In this document: positions 9,932-23,800 of the stretch, in pieces | How the letters are laid out: each line of letters starts with the position of its first letter | Numbering within the stretch: the stretch's first letter is position 1 | NCBI GenBank assembly: GCA_013265495.1 | Contig: MU058009.1 | Location: 3,367,780-3,431,779, forward strand | Reading direction: 5' to 3' | DNA from: Vicugna vicugna | Lineage: Eukaryota | DNA length: 64,000 bases | Program-made: the position numbers and the translations under genes | Notes under the pieces: generated by a model | The model's input: only the letters and a program-made list of their open reading frames with translations | Told to the model about the DNA's origin: nothing | The model's database searches: none

Positions 9932-12900
9932 ACCATGTGGTCAAGACAGACATCGAAACGAATGTTGAGAACGTGGCATCATAGTTCTATGTGGAGACGT
10001 GAATGAACTGTCATAGAACCCGGGGACGGAGCAACTGACACTGCCACCTGGGGATGGAGGTGGGTCCCGGCTCCCTCAGCAGATGACGCCATCCAGGGCG
10101 AAGGGAGTAGGTGGGAACTGGGTCGAGGGGACAGTACTACCAGGTGTGAACTCAGGGGCCCAGGGGATCCGAACCGTCCCGTATGCGGATAACTCACATC
10201 TGGATTTCAGTGGTGGGCGTACAGGCTGGGAGGGCTTGCGAGGCGGGAGTGGAGGAGGAGTGTTGATTCTTGAAAGTCGACGCCTTGGATTTTCCCTCTG
10301 GGGAGGAAGGGTGGCTGTCAGGGAGGTGGTGGTTGGGAGCAGGTGGCGCAGACAATCCCGGATGTGTCCCTGGTTCCGAGCAGCAGGACTCTGACCTCTG
10401 CGGACGGGCGGCCTGAGTCTCGGAGAAGGTCAGCTTCCCATCTCAGCTTCCTGTTCCTGAAAACCGGGCAGCCATTTGATAAATAAGTCATGTCACCCCC
10501 CTTCACACCTTGCCCCAAATAAAAACATTCACGTTACCACCACTTCACAACTGGCCACCGCGGGCCCCTGACAATCAATTACCCACCGGAGATGAAATTA
10601 TTGTTTAATGGCTCCTGGAATGGGCTCCCAGTCTGACATTCATCACAATCAATAATGCATCAGCAGGGACAAAAGAAATTACCTGCCTCCTGCTAAGTGA
10701 AGTGTCCATTCGTTTGCTGCACAGCCGCCTCCCGCGGCCCCGGGGGGCGGGGGGGTTCCATGTTAGAGAGCTGCTCGCCGGGGAGGTGGGTGAGTGAGCT
10801 CTTGGGTGAGAGTCTGCACACCACTGCCCGCTCAGGCTGGGAGGGTCTTGCTGGAGGGTCGAAGGTGGGATGTGGGATGTGAGGGAGCAGTAATGGTGCA
10901 TCCAGTTGACAGTCAGCCAGAGCCACGCTCCTTCCCGTAGCTTTTCTATACACATTGACTCTCCATGGTTTTCTGTAGAGATGGACAGGACATGCTTTCC
11001 TCATGGATATTTTGTCAGACCCTGGGTTTAGCACCTGGTGAATCTGCCACTTCCTGCAGGATGACCGTAGATGAATTTTTCACCTCGTCCACCTGGGGTT
11101 TCTTACCCACAAAATGTGCTTGATAACACTGGCCAGCTGAAGAGAGAAATCGCGGTTCAATTTGAAGTCCCCACATCTTAGAGGATTTCCCTTTCATTTC
11201 AGACTTCATGCATCAGCAAGTAGGCTGGAGACACCAGCCCTGCCAGGAGATCAGCTCAGAGGCACTTAACCCGACCCCAGCCTGGGGCACGAACTGCGTC
11301 CTCTTTCCTTCCCTCCCTCATTTATCCACTCGTTTATGTGTTCATCTGTTTTTATTGGCTGCTGACCGTGGACCAGGTGCTGTATTAGGCCCTGAGGATA
11401 CATAGATAAAAATTCACTGTTTCTTCCCTCTCCACCCTCTCTCAAGGAACTTGCAGTACAGCGGAGAAAAAGAGTTCTGAGTCGACGACCCTGGAGTTGT
11501 GCAGCGAGTATGAAGTGAGCTTGGCTAGGCACGCAAGGCTTCCTCGCGGAGGCGGTGCCTGGGCCGCTCCCGGCAGAGGGCGGGCGTTTGCTGTTGCACA
11601 AGGAAGGGCGGCCCCGAGGCGGTGGGCACATGTTCCACTGCTGCTTGACTATGATTTTCCCCCAGCAGCTCCTCACTGTGTCCCCCAGTCTCAATACTTT
11701 GTGCTGTGCTCATTTTACAGGTGGGTTGATGAACTCAGTGGAAGCCCATGTGATGGGTCCGAATCACAGAGAGGTTGGGGGTAGAACTGGAAGTGGGGTT
11801 CACTTGTCCGACTCCCAGCCCGGGCTTTCTAACCTTCGCTGTGCCCGAGGAGAGCCTGACACAGAAGAAGTTTCGTCCAACGCTCATCAGCCTTCGTCCA
11901 GACTCTCCCCTGCTCAGCCACGGTGAGGGAGGGCGGCTGACACCCAGAAGGAGACGCTCTCACGGTGAGACTTCCCGTAACGAATGGCAGTGCCGTGCAG
12001 TCGCTGCAGAGAAGAGGTAAAGCCAAGAACCAGGGATGCGCAGAGAGCGAGCAACCCGCCTTCCAGGCGGGGGCGGGGAGAAGGCTTCCCCGACGAGTTG
12101 GCAATGAGGAGGTAAGAACAGCCCTTTGCTGGAACATCCTTGCTCAGCTCGCTGTTGCCTTGAAGTAACAAGGACACCCAAGATTCTGCGATTCAGCGTT
12201 GCTCCTGCTTGTTACCCAGCTGCGCCTCTTCTCGACATGTGGGCTTCCTGACTGATGAAAACTGACACTGGCTCCCTCAACTACACGCTGAACCCTCCTC
12301 TGCCTGTGTTTCCTCCTGAGCCCGAGTCTGGATGCTTGGCAGTAGTGCAGCCACCAGGCGTGTGTGACAGCAGCGCTCTCTGCCCGTGGAGGAGTGTTTT
12401 ATTATGATTACAAAACACTCTTCCTTAAAAACGGCAGTCTGCGTGGGTGATCCTGTACCGGGGGCCATCAGCTCTGTGCTCTGAAGGGTGCAACGCCATT
12501 GTCGAGAATATTCAATTGCTTGCCTCTGGTTTTACAATCTTGGCTTGCACTTTAGGCTCCTTCCTAAACATTAGTGGAGAAGCCAGGAATGAGACAGTGG
12601 TAAATCCGAAAGGCATGGGTGCGCTTCGCCCCCGGACCCCCGCCGCTGCCCCGCCGCGGCGGCAGGGGGGCACACCTGCGCGGCTGCAGACCCCTCGCTA
12701 AGCGTGTGGCCTCAGGGAGACGGCGGGGCTGGGGAGGCAGCCGCCCGCCTGGGCGGACTTGGGCTGCTTGTCACATTTGCTGTTTCCCCGGCAGCATCTT
12801 GAATTCAGTCTCCCAGAGGCTGAGCCTCCCGAGAGTCCGCAGCTGGGCGCCCGCTGCTCTGTGTGAACCAGGTCTCACTCTTCCTCATTCGCTCTCTTGT

Positions 12901-13049
12901 CTCCTCTCCGTCTCCCGCCTCCGTTCCTGCCTCCCTCCCTTGCTCTTTCTCAGCACGCATGTAGGGGATTAGTTTAGATACAGTCCTACAGAACCGAAAT
13001 CAAGTAAGTACATTTCTCTGTAACTGGCTTTCCTCTTAATGATCTATTG

Positions 13050-13460
13050 TAGGAATCCCTCTGGGTCAATAGGTACAGATCGAACAAGACCACATTCTTT
13101 TCATTAGTTGAAGAACATTCTATGATGTGTGTTCTCCGGGGTGTTTAACCATCTCCCCTGCTGAGTTTGCTCCCCCGTGTAGTCATTGCAGACTCTGCCG
13201 CGGTGACCACCCAGTGCACACGCTCTGACGCGGGGAGGTGCTCAGGGTGCGATCTGAGGGGCCAAATGGGTCTGCAATTTGAATCTTAATAGATTTTGTC
13301 GTCATCACCCTTCACTTTCCTGCCAGCAGTGCTGGAGAGTCTTACCTCCAGGGTTCTCACCAGGTTAAAACCGCTTTTAAAATGCAAATACTTTTTGGAA
13401 AGATGTTTAACTAACAGCCGAAAATAACAATGCCTAAAATGTGTATAATTCTTTCTGCAG
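13050..13460 (-). mobile_element. Old L1M 3' fragments
   Basis: CATTCTTTTCATTAGTTGAAGAACATTCTATGATGTG...TTTAACCATCTCCCCTGCTGA, typical of a degenerate L1ME-type 3' end. Confidence 0.45.
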
Positions 13461-16400
13461 TTTACAAAGTATAGAACAGCACGAGGGGCTGAGTTAGATG
13501 CCCTCCAGCACCCCTCCCAGCTCAGGGGAGGACGGAAACCACCAGGGCGGCAGAGGCTGAAAGAAAAGGCAATTCTAATGGTGGAAGGGGGCACAGTGGG
13601 AGGAGGAGGAAGGGATTCTTTAAGATCATAGAACTCTGTACAAATCACAAGATTTATATATTGAGAATTAAAGCAATGCAATTTGAATACGTCCAGCATA
13701 GCACCTGGCCCACAGCCCAGCCATTTCTTGCTCAGCCCGGGGGTGGCTCGTGTCTAGCGTCTGCAGTGGACCAAGGAGGTAAGGGCAGGCAGGACAGGAG
13801 ACAGCTGGCCCTTCTGCCTGCACCTTGAGGCAAATACCCAAATGATCTTATGATCTTGGGGTACATGTTCATGAGTTGCCTCTAAATCCTGGTGTTTGAA
13901 GACTTGCCCTGTGGCAGGCAGTGTTGGCAGCTCAGTGTGCCTTGAGCTGTCTTCCCTGGAGGGCGGCATAACCTGGACGGAGGTTTTTCTGGCAGATTCT
14001 TCAGGTCAGATAGCCTTCGACTGGCTCAACTCACCACTCAGGTGACTTCAGAAGCCTCCTGTTGAGGTGGGTCTGCTACACCCTTGGGTCTTTGACAATA
14101 AACCTCTCCTATTGATTAATTTTTTCTGATTATACAGATAACACATAATCATCCTCGTAGTAAGCATCCACATGAGTGTAAACAGCCTTCGAGTCCTTGA
14201 AAAGGTTTCAAAAAACCACACAGTTGAGGTCCCGATGTGTGTGCGTGATGCCAGAACGTTGGTGTTTTCTCTCCTCCTCCTCACCTGGAGGAGACGTGCA
14301 GTCCAGCCTCGTCCAAAAGGGCCAGGTGGGGAACCGGGCAGAGGACATGGCTTCACAGACACACTCTGCTTTTCAAAACAGTGGCTTCACCCGCTGTTGA
14401 AATGAGGTCCCTTGGATCTTAGTCTCTCACTGATCAAGTGAGTGGTTGGTCCTCCCCGCAGGGAAAGCTGCCGAGAGAAGGTGGTGGGGAGGGTGTTTCC
14501 TCCCCCTGGGCTGGGGCTGCTGCCCGGGGAGGAGGCCCCAAGGGTCCCCGCCCTCCGACACGTGCTTCCCTTACTGTCTTCAGAAGACCGTACGTTGAAA
14601 TAGATGGAATAGACTGTTGATTAGAGATGCCTTGATTTGGTTTATTTCCCCGTGAAGATTTCAAGATCAGAGATGACTGGGTTGAAGATATGCATTTGAA
14701 CATTTCTGCGTATTTGTTCAATTTAAGTTAAAAACTAAAATGTAGGGGAAAATACTTAGAAACTGAAGAGTGACATCCGAGTAACACTCGGCTCGTCATT
14801 GCTGCTAACTTTAATTTAGTTGTTTGGGGACCTGGCTTTCGGTCTGTATTTAAACATCAGGCATTTGTGAGTGTAGATGAGGTTAATTCGTTTCTTCATC
14901 TCCAAAGCGAGCACAACAATAAAGCCCACAGTACTGACCTTGGGGATCAAAGGAAACGATGCAGACAAAGGTGCTCTGCAGACTGTACCACCCAGATGTT
15001 CGTAACAATAGTAGTTATCATCAAATCAGCCATCCTCCCTGCCTTTCCAGTCTCTGAGGCATCTTAAGCAAGCCTTCGGAGCCTTCAGTCCATTTCTACG
15101 GGGGAGTGCTGGACATGTCCCAGGGAGAGGACGCACGAGGCGGTCACGTGGTCCACAGGGGCTCCTTGTACTGGTGCTCGATGGGCAGAGTGGATGGAGG
15201 TGCTGGTTCCCCAGCCGGACACTTCATGACTTCGTGGCCATGACACACAGCGTAAGTGGCTACAGCTTCCTGAGCCGGATACCTCGCATAACCCCTGTTC
15301 CACACGGCACGTGTGTGTGTGCAGACGGACCGGATGACAGTGCCTGACGTCCACCATGGCTTGTTAATAGTCACCATTAGTGGAAGGTTACCCTTAGCCC
15401 CCCGATAAAAGGCCAGTTATCACATGTTTTGGCTGAGCAAGGAGGGCAGGTTCAGACTGGCCAGTCGAGTTGAGAATTTTCTCTAAAAAACAAACAAACA
15501 AAAATCCCTGTGGCTTCCTTTTTTTAAACGCTAATGGTTGCTATTACCTTTATTCATAATAATGCAATTGAGCAAATGCTGATTCTGGGAATTCTATTAC
15601 GAGAATCTGAATTTTTAAAATTCAAAATAGTAGGCAAAGCATCAGAAACCAAGTGGTTTGGGGGAGCACTCAGGCCAGGAGCAGGTGCTTGGCTCTGGTT
15701 TTGTCTTGGCCTCGTGTGGGGAGGAGTGGAGTCTCGCCTCTTGACTTGCAGGAAGCTGGCTCCACGCTTGGGATTCACTGCACAGCGCCCTCCTGATTTG
15801 TTATCCTGCTGGATCCGCCTCAGAGGCCAGGGCTGCCCTGCTCCGGGGAGGGGGGGACGCTGTTAAGTTCGGGGGAGGGAAGTTCCATCGCAGGTCAGGG
15901 TCCTCACGGGTGGGCTGCAGAGCTCTGGGAATTGAAGCGCTGTTTTTGAGCAACGCGGGTTGGTGAAGCCGGGGATGGAGGGGTGGAGCAAGCACCGAGG
16001 TCAAACCTGCAGACGGAGGAGAGAGAAAGGGAGGCAGATAGAAGTCACCCCGCGCCTGTGTTTAGCTGTAATCTAACATGACCCCCCCTCTGTTGGCAAA
16101 GGGGGCATACGATGCTAACATTCATTACCATGTCATATTCGATTGACTGCCAGAATTTATTATGCTTTCTGCTGCTGCACCTGGAATACTGACAAAACCC
16201 ATTCCCTTGCCCAAGAACGGTCTCTGCTTTCTAATCTTCGCAGAATAACAGGGGGTGAAGGCCGTCAATACCAGAGTAATGAGTGTCAGAGTGAGTCCGG
16301 CTGGCCGCACCTGCACTCCCGGAGCAGCGGGGAGGAGGGAAGAGGCGCTGGGAGAGGGCCGTGAGCCTGCCTCCGGATGACCAAGCCGGGCGCCGGGCTG

Positions 16401-19399
16401 CACGGCTAACTGGGTGCAGAGGCCGGCGAGGGATGGCTCCCGGGGCGCGTCGGGCACAGCCAGCGGGGCTCCCTGCAGTCTTCCGGGGGGAACCGCAGCC
16501 CGCGGTGCAGGGAGCAGGAGAAGCCGTCCTCACCCTTTCAACAATGCAGCCTTTGCCTGAGTGAATGAATTGCCTCCAGAACTGTTTTTAGAGCAGCCCC
16601 TATGCACCAGGCACTGTGCTGAGCTGCTGGGGATCCAGGAACGGATGGACACAAGTCCTAGTAGGGGGCCGGGGACAGATGGCCTAACAGCCATTGGACA
16701 CCGTGCTACACTCGGTAATGGAGTTGCACTGGGTCATTCGAATATTTATTAAAGCTGTTTGTTTAAGACAGTGAGCTAGAGGCTGGACATCTGAGTAAAA
16801 CAGGGTCAGTGTCCCCCGGGACGTCATAGAGAGTACTGAGGATGCCCAGGGCGCAGATCCCACCTGAGCCGGGCGAGGAGGCGCGCGGTGCCAGAGCGAG
16901 GGTCTCTGGCAGCTGGGGGCCGGGCAGACGCAGGGCCGCAAAGGGCCCGTGTGCACAGAGGTTCAGAGCAAGGAAGGGAGCTGGCTGAGGAACTTGAGCA
17001 AATACTGGGTGTGCTGGAGCACAGCGCCTGTGAGGGGGGAGTGGGTGGGGAAGCCAGCGACCCCAGCCCGCAAAGCGCCGTCAGAGCAGGCTTGTGACCT
17101 TGGGGAGGTCACTGCTCCAGGCTGCGTCTGCCTCTTAGCCCATCCACTGGCCTGTTTAGGGTTCCTTTTCCCGTTTCTACCCGACTCCGTCTAACACCTT
17201 ACCTTCACCTCACCTGTCCACCTTACCTCCACCTCGCCCACCCGGCTCCCCTCTGCCTCACTCTGACCCACGTCTCCAGCAGCACTTTCATCTGAGTAAA
17301 GTGTTAGGTGACAGTGGCAGATGAGCCCCAGGGACCCACATCTCCGTGGAGGTTCCTAAGCTTTGGAGGACTTCAGCCCCCAGACGCCAGAGGCCTGGGC
17401 GGGGTGGAGGGCAGGCGGACGGTCAGTTTTCCCAGCACCTCTTAAGTCACACCGCCTGCTCAGGAAACGCCTCTGCCTAGGGGAGGCGAGAGCGGAGAGA
17501 GTGAGCGCTGGGTGCTCTGAGTTCAGGTAAGTGTGTGATTTCTTTCACCCGACTGGCAGAGGCCGGAGCTGGGTCAGGCCTGAGTCCGGATGGATGGGAC
17601 TCCGCCGTAGGCTCTGTTTTTCTTACTTGGAAAGAGAAACTTCCAGGGAGGTTTTTTGTTTTTTTCACATTTATCTCATCCCCGAAGAACACCATGAGGG
17701 GTCTGAAATACCCCTGGTGGGGGGCCAGAGGCTCCGTGTTTTAAGCTCTGAAGAAACAGCTGTCACGTGAGTGCTGGGGCTCTACTTACGTTAGAACGAC
17801 TCTGGTTCGCCGGAGCCCCGAGCGTGGGTCAGCTGAGGTAACACTATTTTCCCAGCTTTCTGTAAACCTGAGGATACATTTGCATCTTTGTTTGTACAAA
17901 TTAAAATAATCATTTACATACACATTTGCATACCGTAAGAACTCTGTGTACATAAGATTAAATTAATTAGGAGCTCTGATGTGTAAGTTGTATCTAAAAG
18001 CACCAACCATGTGGTCTTAGGGAAAGAGCCCAGGCTCTGAAGACTTGGAGGCGGGGGCAGGTCCAGACCCTGCCCCGCCACCTGTTAGCCACAGGGCTTC
18101 TCTCTGGGTCCCGGTTTCGTCGTGTGTGAGCCTCACCTGTGGTTTAAGACCCAGAGAGGTGAACAGTGGGTGCAGAGTCCCAGGTACAAGGAGGGTGTGT
18201 CATGTGAGCACCTGGGGGTTGTGACCCAGGCTCCAGGTGCCCCTCTCTCTGCAACCCAGGGGTGGTCTCTAAAGAAAGAGAGGGTGACCCACTGGAGGGC
18301 TGTGAGAGAGAAGCAGGGACGAGCTGGCCCCCACACGAGGCCCGACTCTCCCAGCGCGCAGGGGCCGGGACGATTCTCAGGTCTCACTGCTCTTAACCCG
18401 CGCTGTTCCGAGCTCGGAGATGGATCTGTGAGTGTCGGGGCCGCCATCCCCTTGCCCCACCATCCGCCTTCATGCTCACTGGAGGAGCCAGGCCTCTGCT
18501 GCTTCATGTGTGGACCATGACGGGCGGCACGGAGCTGGCCGGAGAAGCAGACCCCGGCCAGGTGGTGCTAGCGGGAGTCGTCCAGAGCAGATGCCCCCAT
18601 GGAGCTTGAGGTGGGTGGGCGGGGGGCCGCTCTGAAGGAAGGGGCTGGGGGAGATGGGGGGAGCTTTCAGGATGGGAGGCAAGTCGGACTCCCGGGAGAC
18701 AGTCAGGAGGGCCTGAGGTTCTGCTGAGGTGCTGAGGTCTTGGCCGGCCCAGGGAGGGGCCCTGGTGTGACGACAGCCCGCGGGGCGGCTGCAGGAGGGC
18801 TCCCGCCTCGCTCGGCCACGGGCTGGGTGCTGCGGGGAGGAGCATGGCTCTGGCCTGGACACGCCATCAGATCCCGAAAGCGCTGCATCAGCGAGCCGGT
18901 CGGAGGCTGCCCTCCTCCAGCCGACGGCAAGCTCTCTCCTGAGGGGGAACCTCAGTAACACCCCTCCGAGCCTCCTGCACAGGCGGCCCCGAGTTCCCTT
19001 TAAACTGAGGCCAAAAACGTCCAAGGGGTCTTGAGCGCAGCTGGCCAGCGCTGCCCTCTGCCTTAGTCCAGCCCCTCTCCGCCGCCCACCTGGCCGTCTC
19101 AGCTTCACTTCTCACCTCAAGGTTCTGAGACTCTCCTGCTCTCAGACAATCCCCGAACTTCGCCGCACAGAGACAACAGGCACCGTCAGAAACACCCCAG
19201 CCCCTGACCCCATCGCGATGCGCGCGTCCGCACCACGTGCCCGGCCTCCTCGCCTGCTCCCTCTGCAGCCGCCCCGCCAGTGTGGGCTGCTTGGCCCCCC
19301 GCCGGGGTGCTCGGGAGCCTGGCTCCTCAGCGCCTCCGGCGTCTGACCTCTGCGTCACGCTCCTGGCCCTGGCCTTCCAGCCTCTGCTTTTCCATGTTT

Positions 19400-20070
19400 T
19401 CGTCTCCACGTTTTTCTTGATCTCAAACCAGTGAACACTGCTCCCTCCACCACACTAGCGGGCCTGTTCTGCTGAGGCGTCTCCCGTTCCCTCCGACCTG
19501 ACTTCTCAGCCGCGGCGCCCAGTTTGCTTGCTCCCTCCTCCTGGAGAGCGTTCTTCACTTGGTTTCAGAGACGCTGAAAATCTCTGTCCCACCGCCCACT
19601 CCTCAGGGCCCACCCCTATTTCCTCCTGACCTCCCTGGGACGGGGAGGCGCAGGGCTCAGTTTTGACACCTCTGTCCTGTCTAAACGTGCCCTGAGCCAT
19701 CTCATCAGCCCCCTGCCTTTGAACACCAGCGATTCACTGACGCCTTCTGTCTCCAGCCCCATCCTCTTTGTTTCCCTCCAGACGGGCATGTCCAGCCATC
19801 TCCGCTGGGCTATCGGATAGGTCATTTGAGAACCAACAAATTCAAAACTGAATTTTTGATTCCTGCCCCTCCTCTAAACCTGCTTCTCTCCTCTTTATCC
19901 AGGAATTCAGATCAAAACGCTTGCTGTCCTCCTTGACTTTTTCACACTCCACACCCCAGCTATCAGCAGACTATCCAGGCTTGACCTTTGAACTGCATCC
20001 TGGATGTGGTTACTTCTTGTTCCCTTTGCCGGACGCTACCAGGCTTGTTCACACTCTTGTGCTGTCTGGG
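19400..20070 (+). mobile_element. Ancient L2 fragment
   Basis: CTCCCTCCTCCTGGA...TTCACTTGGTTTC, CAGGGCTCAGTTTTG, CATCTCATCAGCCCCCTGCCTTT, TCTCCAGCCCC, AAAACTGAATTTTTGATTCC, GTCCTCCTTGACT: ordered L2 motifs. Confidence 0.7.
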
Positions 20071-20246
20071 GGTCTCCGGCTACACGTGTCATCAGCAGTC
20101 CCCTCCCTGCCAGTGCCCTCACAGGTGGTATGAGGGCTGTTTGAAGACAACCTAACAATCTCCTAAGACACTGGAGAAGCAGGAGAGAAAAGTGAGCACC
20201 ATGGCTAACGTCAGCTTTAGATGAAAAACATCACTCACTCTTCATT

Positions 20247-20266
20247 ACACACACACACACACACAC
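20247..20266. repeat. (AC)n microsatellite
   Basis: ACACACACACACACACACAC. Confidence 0.9.
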
Positions 20267-20667
20267 AAGAATTGAAAAAAAAAGTGCATATCCAGTCAGG
20301 ATTATTTATGTAAATGCTCTAAAGAATGGGCCTAAAGTTATTTTTCTTCTGAGCAGCCTTTTGAGCAGTTTCTATCTTTTTCATCTGTTTTCATCTAAGC
20401 TGTACTTTAATGTCTTTTAACTGTATAGTTTTATGTGTCACCACTGATGCTAGTCGCCAGATAAACACAGCAGATCGCTGGCATAGATCTTCTTTATGGA
20501 GTATATATATACAAAGTTGCTTCCACATTTGTACACGTGCTCCATATTTTTGGAACCTGGAGCTGACAGGAGAAATAATAAACCAACTTTGTAAAGTAAC
20601 AGATTCCCAATAGTTTAAGGCACTGAAGAAATCTTGACAACCTTCTTTATTATGATGTATTGACAGC

Positions 20668-20800
20668 ATTCGTTCAGCAGCAAACATTTATTTGGTTGCT
20701 ACCTCGTTCTAGGCACTCTGCTAGGCATCGGAGATGCCACCAAGACTGAAATATGGGCCGTGCTTGGGACTTTTAAAGGCTGGAAAGGCAGGCCTGGGTA
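20668..20800 (-). mobile_element. L2 3' end
   Basis: CATTCGTTCAGCAGCAAACATTTATTTGGTTGCTACCTCGTTCTAGGCACTCTGCTAGGC. Confidence 0.7.
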
Positions 20801-23800
20801 TCAATGAACCGAAACAAAACAATGCAGTCATTTAAATAGAGTATCTCAGAAGCACAGAGGGGAGAGCCAGCGGCAGTTTCCAGGAGCCTGGTCAGCAGAA
20901 GCTTCCGAGCACAACCAAATTCAGGGGCTTCCTGGCACCGAAGAGTTAACGAAGGTAGATTCAGGGCTGAAAATAGCATTTATTCTACCTGAAAAAATAG
21001 GAGAGTAAGTGGCTGACAAGTTGCTCCATGTTTATTTCTTCCTTAAGAAATGGAAATATGACAAGCCACTGTGAACCATTTTTCCTCCTTGCCAGGGTCT
21101 GCCCCCGGCGCACGCGGGGGACGGAAATAGCAAGATGTAGTGATGGCGCCTGCCTCCAAATATCTGAGGGGCTGCCGTGTGGAGGAGCAGTAACGCTTGC
21201 TCGGAGCCGCTCCAGAGGGTCATGGCAGGGCCCCAAAGGCAAGTTAGAAGGAGGCAGATTTTAGCTTCTATGAAAAAGGGAGCTGCCTCATGGGACTGTC
21301 TGCCTTGTGAGGCAGTGAGATCCCCGTCACCAGCAGGATTCAAGCAGAGGTAGGTGGCCTTGTCTGGAGGAGTAAGGAAGCTCCGCTTTCTTCTACCCCA
21401 GTGATTTCTTCACCGGGTGTAGACATTTGTGCTGCGTTAGGGAGCAGAGGGAGGTTTGGGGGCACAGCAGTGGCGTTTAGGACAAAGGATCCTCCCTTCT
21501 CCCTCGAGACCTGCAAGTGGACTGGTTCTACCTATTACCCACGCAGACTTCTCCGTGTCTCTGTATGGAAAGAGGCGTGAATGTTATTGTCCCAATCCTG
21601 CAGGGGAGGAAGCCTCCAAAACCCAGCGGGGAGAACGTCTACCTTCCATTGGGGGGGGCGCAGGAGGCTCACTGCATGATGAGATGGCAGGGCTCACGGA
21701 TTCTCCAAAGAAAGGAAACAGAAGGACAACGTGGTGTTTATTTATAAAGCCAGTTTTACATACAGTGCCTGCCAAGGATTTAGTGCCGCACTTCGAGTGA
21801 ATAAATCCCTCCAGTGTCAGAGACGTAAGACGCTGTCAAGCTGCCTGGGAGACAATGTGATCATAAAGTCTTAGAACCGAAATACCTCCAGTCACCTTGG
21901 TAAGAAAATAATCCTCTCTCAAGTGATGCTTTGAAGTTTAATGGAGTTGCTTCCCATCCAGTAAATGAAACGTGGAGCAGAGCTGCGGGGAGCAGGGCTG
22001 CCAAGCCGAGGAAGGATGCTTTTTGCCCTCTCCTCCCCGGACTGACCCCAATCTGCTTTTATAGCCCCGTTTCCCATGACTGTGCTACAGGAAACTCACG
22101 CCGCATCCAAGCTGTCTGCTCCACCTGCCTGGGAAGACCATGGCGAAGAGGTCAAGCTGGTGGACCTGCCAGGGCTGGGCAGGGGGTGCCCCAGCTCTTA
22201 AACGTGGGTTTGGCTGTACAGGCAGCATAAAGTTAACGTGAAGACTAGGCTGGATTTGTTCCAGTAGCCAGAGTTGGAGCCAATGACCATAAATGCATCA
22301 TCATGTGACCAGGGGTAGGAGCCTGGTGTGTCTGCCCATCCTAACAGTGAAATCCTGTCCGTGTCACCGTCGAGTCCACGCAGGGGCAGAGAGGGACAGG
22401 GGAGCACAGTGTAGTCTGAGGTCAGGGAAGGAGTCTCGGAGGGAAGAGATGGGGTCTCCCTGAAACAGCCTTGCAACCAAATGCCATTTCAACGTGGGAT
22501 CCGCCTGGAGAGAACTGAGTCTCACTAAGACGACATCCTGTGTGGAAGAGAAGGCCACGTGTGCTCCTGCTGTCGCTGAGGCCAACATCTCCACTCCGGT
22601 CATCGGGAGGGATCTGACCTCAGGGGTCTGGCAGTGCTATGTAACACAGGCCGGAGAGATTCCGGCCGTGGAGCTTTGTGAAGGTGACAAAAGGACTTAA
22701 GTGTGACAGAGCTCACCACGTGTAATGAGAACTATCTTTACATTGCAGTAGAGAGCGAAGGAAAGAGCAGGCTTGCGGCTTCTTTTCACTAAGGAACGGA
22801 TGCTAATCCTTGCCGGGTTCAACCCCCTTGGTTTAATATAATCTGGATTCCTGTTGAGTGTCTCCCGTATTGACCTCGGCTAGCAACATCTCTGCTAGTA
22901 TGAATATTCCTCGCTAAAGGAGTTTGTTGGCCAATGCACTTGTTCCAAAGGACAGTTTTTGAGGTCTGAGTCATTGTTAGCTGAGTTCTCGGGGAAGCTA
23001 AATTTCCCTCCATATATTCCTCAGATAGCTGATTGTGCTGACCTGTCAGTGAGGTATGCGGGCCTGAGCATCCTTTGACCCCTACCTGAGATGGATGACG
23101 GGGGGTTGATAGATGGGAAATCAGACCAGAAAGGGCCTGTCAGGCCCTGTGAGAGACCTAGCCTTGAGCGTCATACTGCGGGCAGTGGGAGTCACTGGAG
23201 GCTGCTAAGCAGAACAGTTGGTGAGTCTGGGGGCAGAACACTGAGGGTGGATGCAGAGAAGTGAAACCCTGGTCACCTGTGGGCTTGCCGTCTGATTGAG
23301 TCTGGGAGTCTGGACCCATCTCGTACATCCTCCCAAGCCGAGCAGGATGCTGGTAGTGAAATGCCGATTGCTCTCACAGCACGTGGACTTAAGGAGATTT
23401 TCAAATACTCGAGTTTGGAGGTTCAGAGTAGAAATTAATGAAAAAGATAGATGTTGAGGGTATAGGGGTACCTGGTGATGGGAATGGAGTTAACGTTATC
23501 TTTGGAAGGTCCGATGAGAAGGAACCATCACACAGAGAATCAGATTCGCTCTTTGTCTGCCTGGGAGCTGATGGTTTTGGCTTCTGAAGCTCGTGAGACT
23601 TCACGTTTCCGGGGAGAGTCTGTCAGTGGCTGGCCCAGCAATGGAGACATGGAGGAAGTGACTTAAATGCAAACCTTAGTTCTCCTGCAGCGTGAAGGCC
23701 CAGGTGATGGCCAGGTTTTGGTTTGGATGGTGGGTCCATCAGAGTGGATGGTGGAACAGTCGATGATGGCAAGAAGGTTAGGCGCAGGAGCAGGCTTTGG

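Noticed and set aside
2887..10587. Identical 13-mer TCAATTACCCACC at 2887 and 10575, both in AT-rich blocks
   Set aside because: Tens of repeated 13-mers are expected by chance in 64 kb (about N^2/2 divided by 4^13), and the similarity does not extend.
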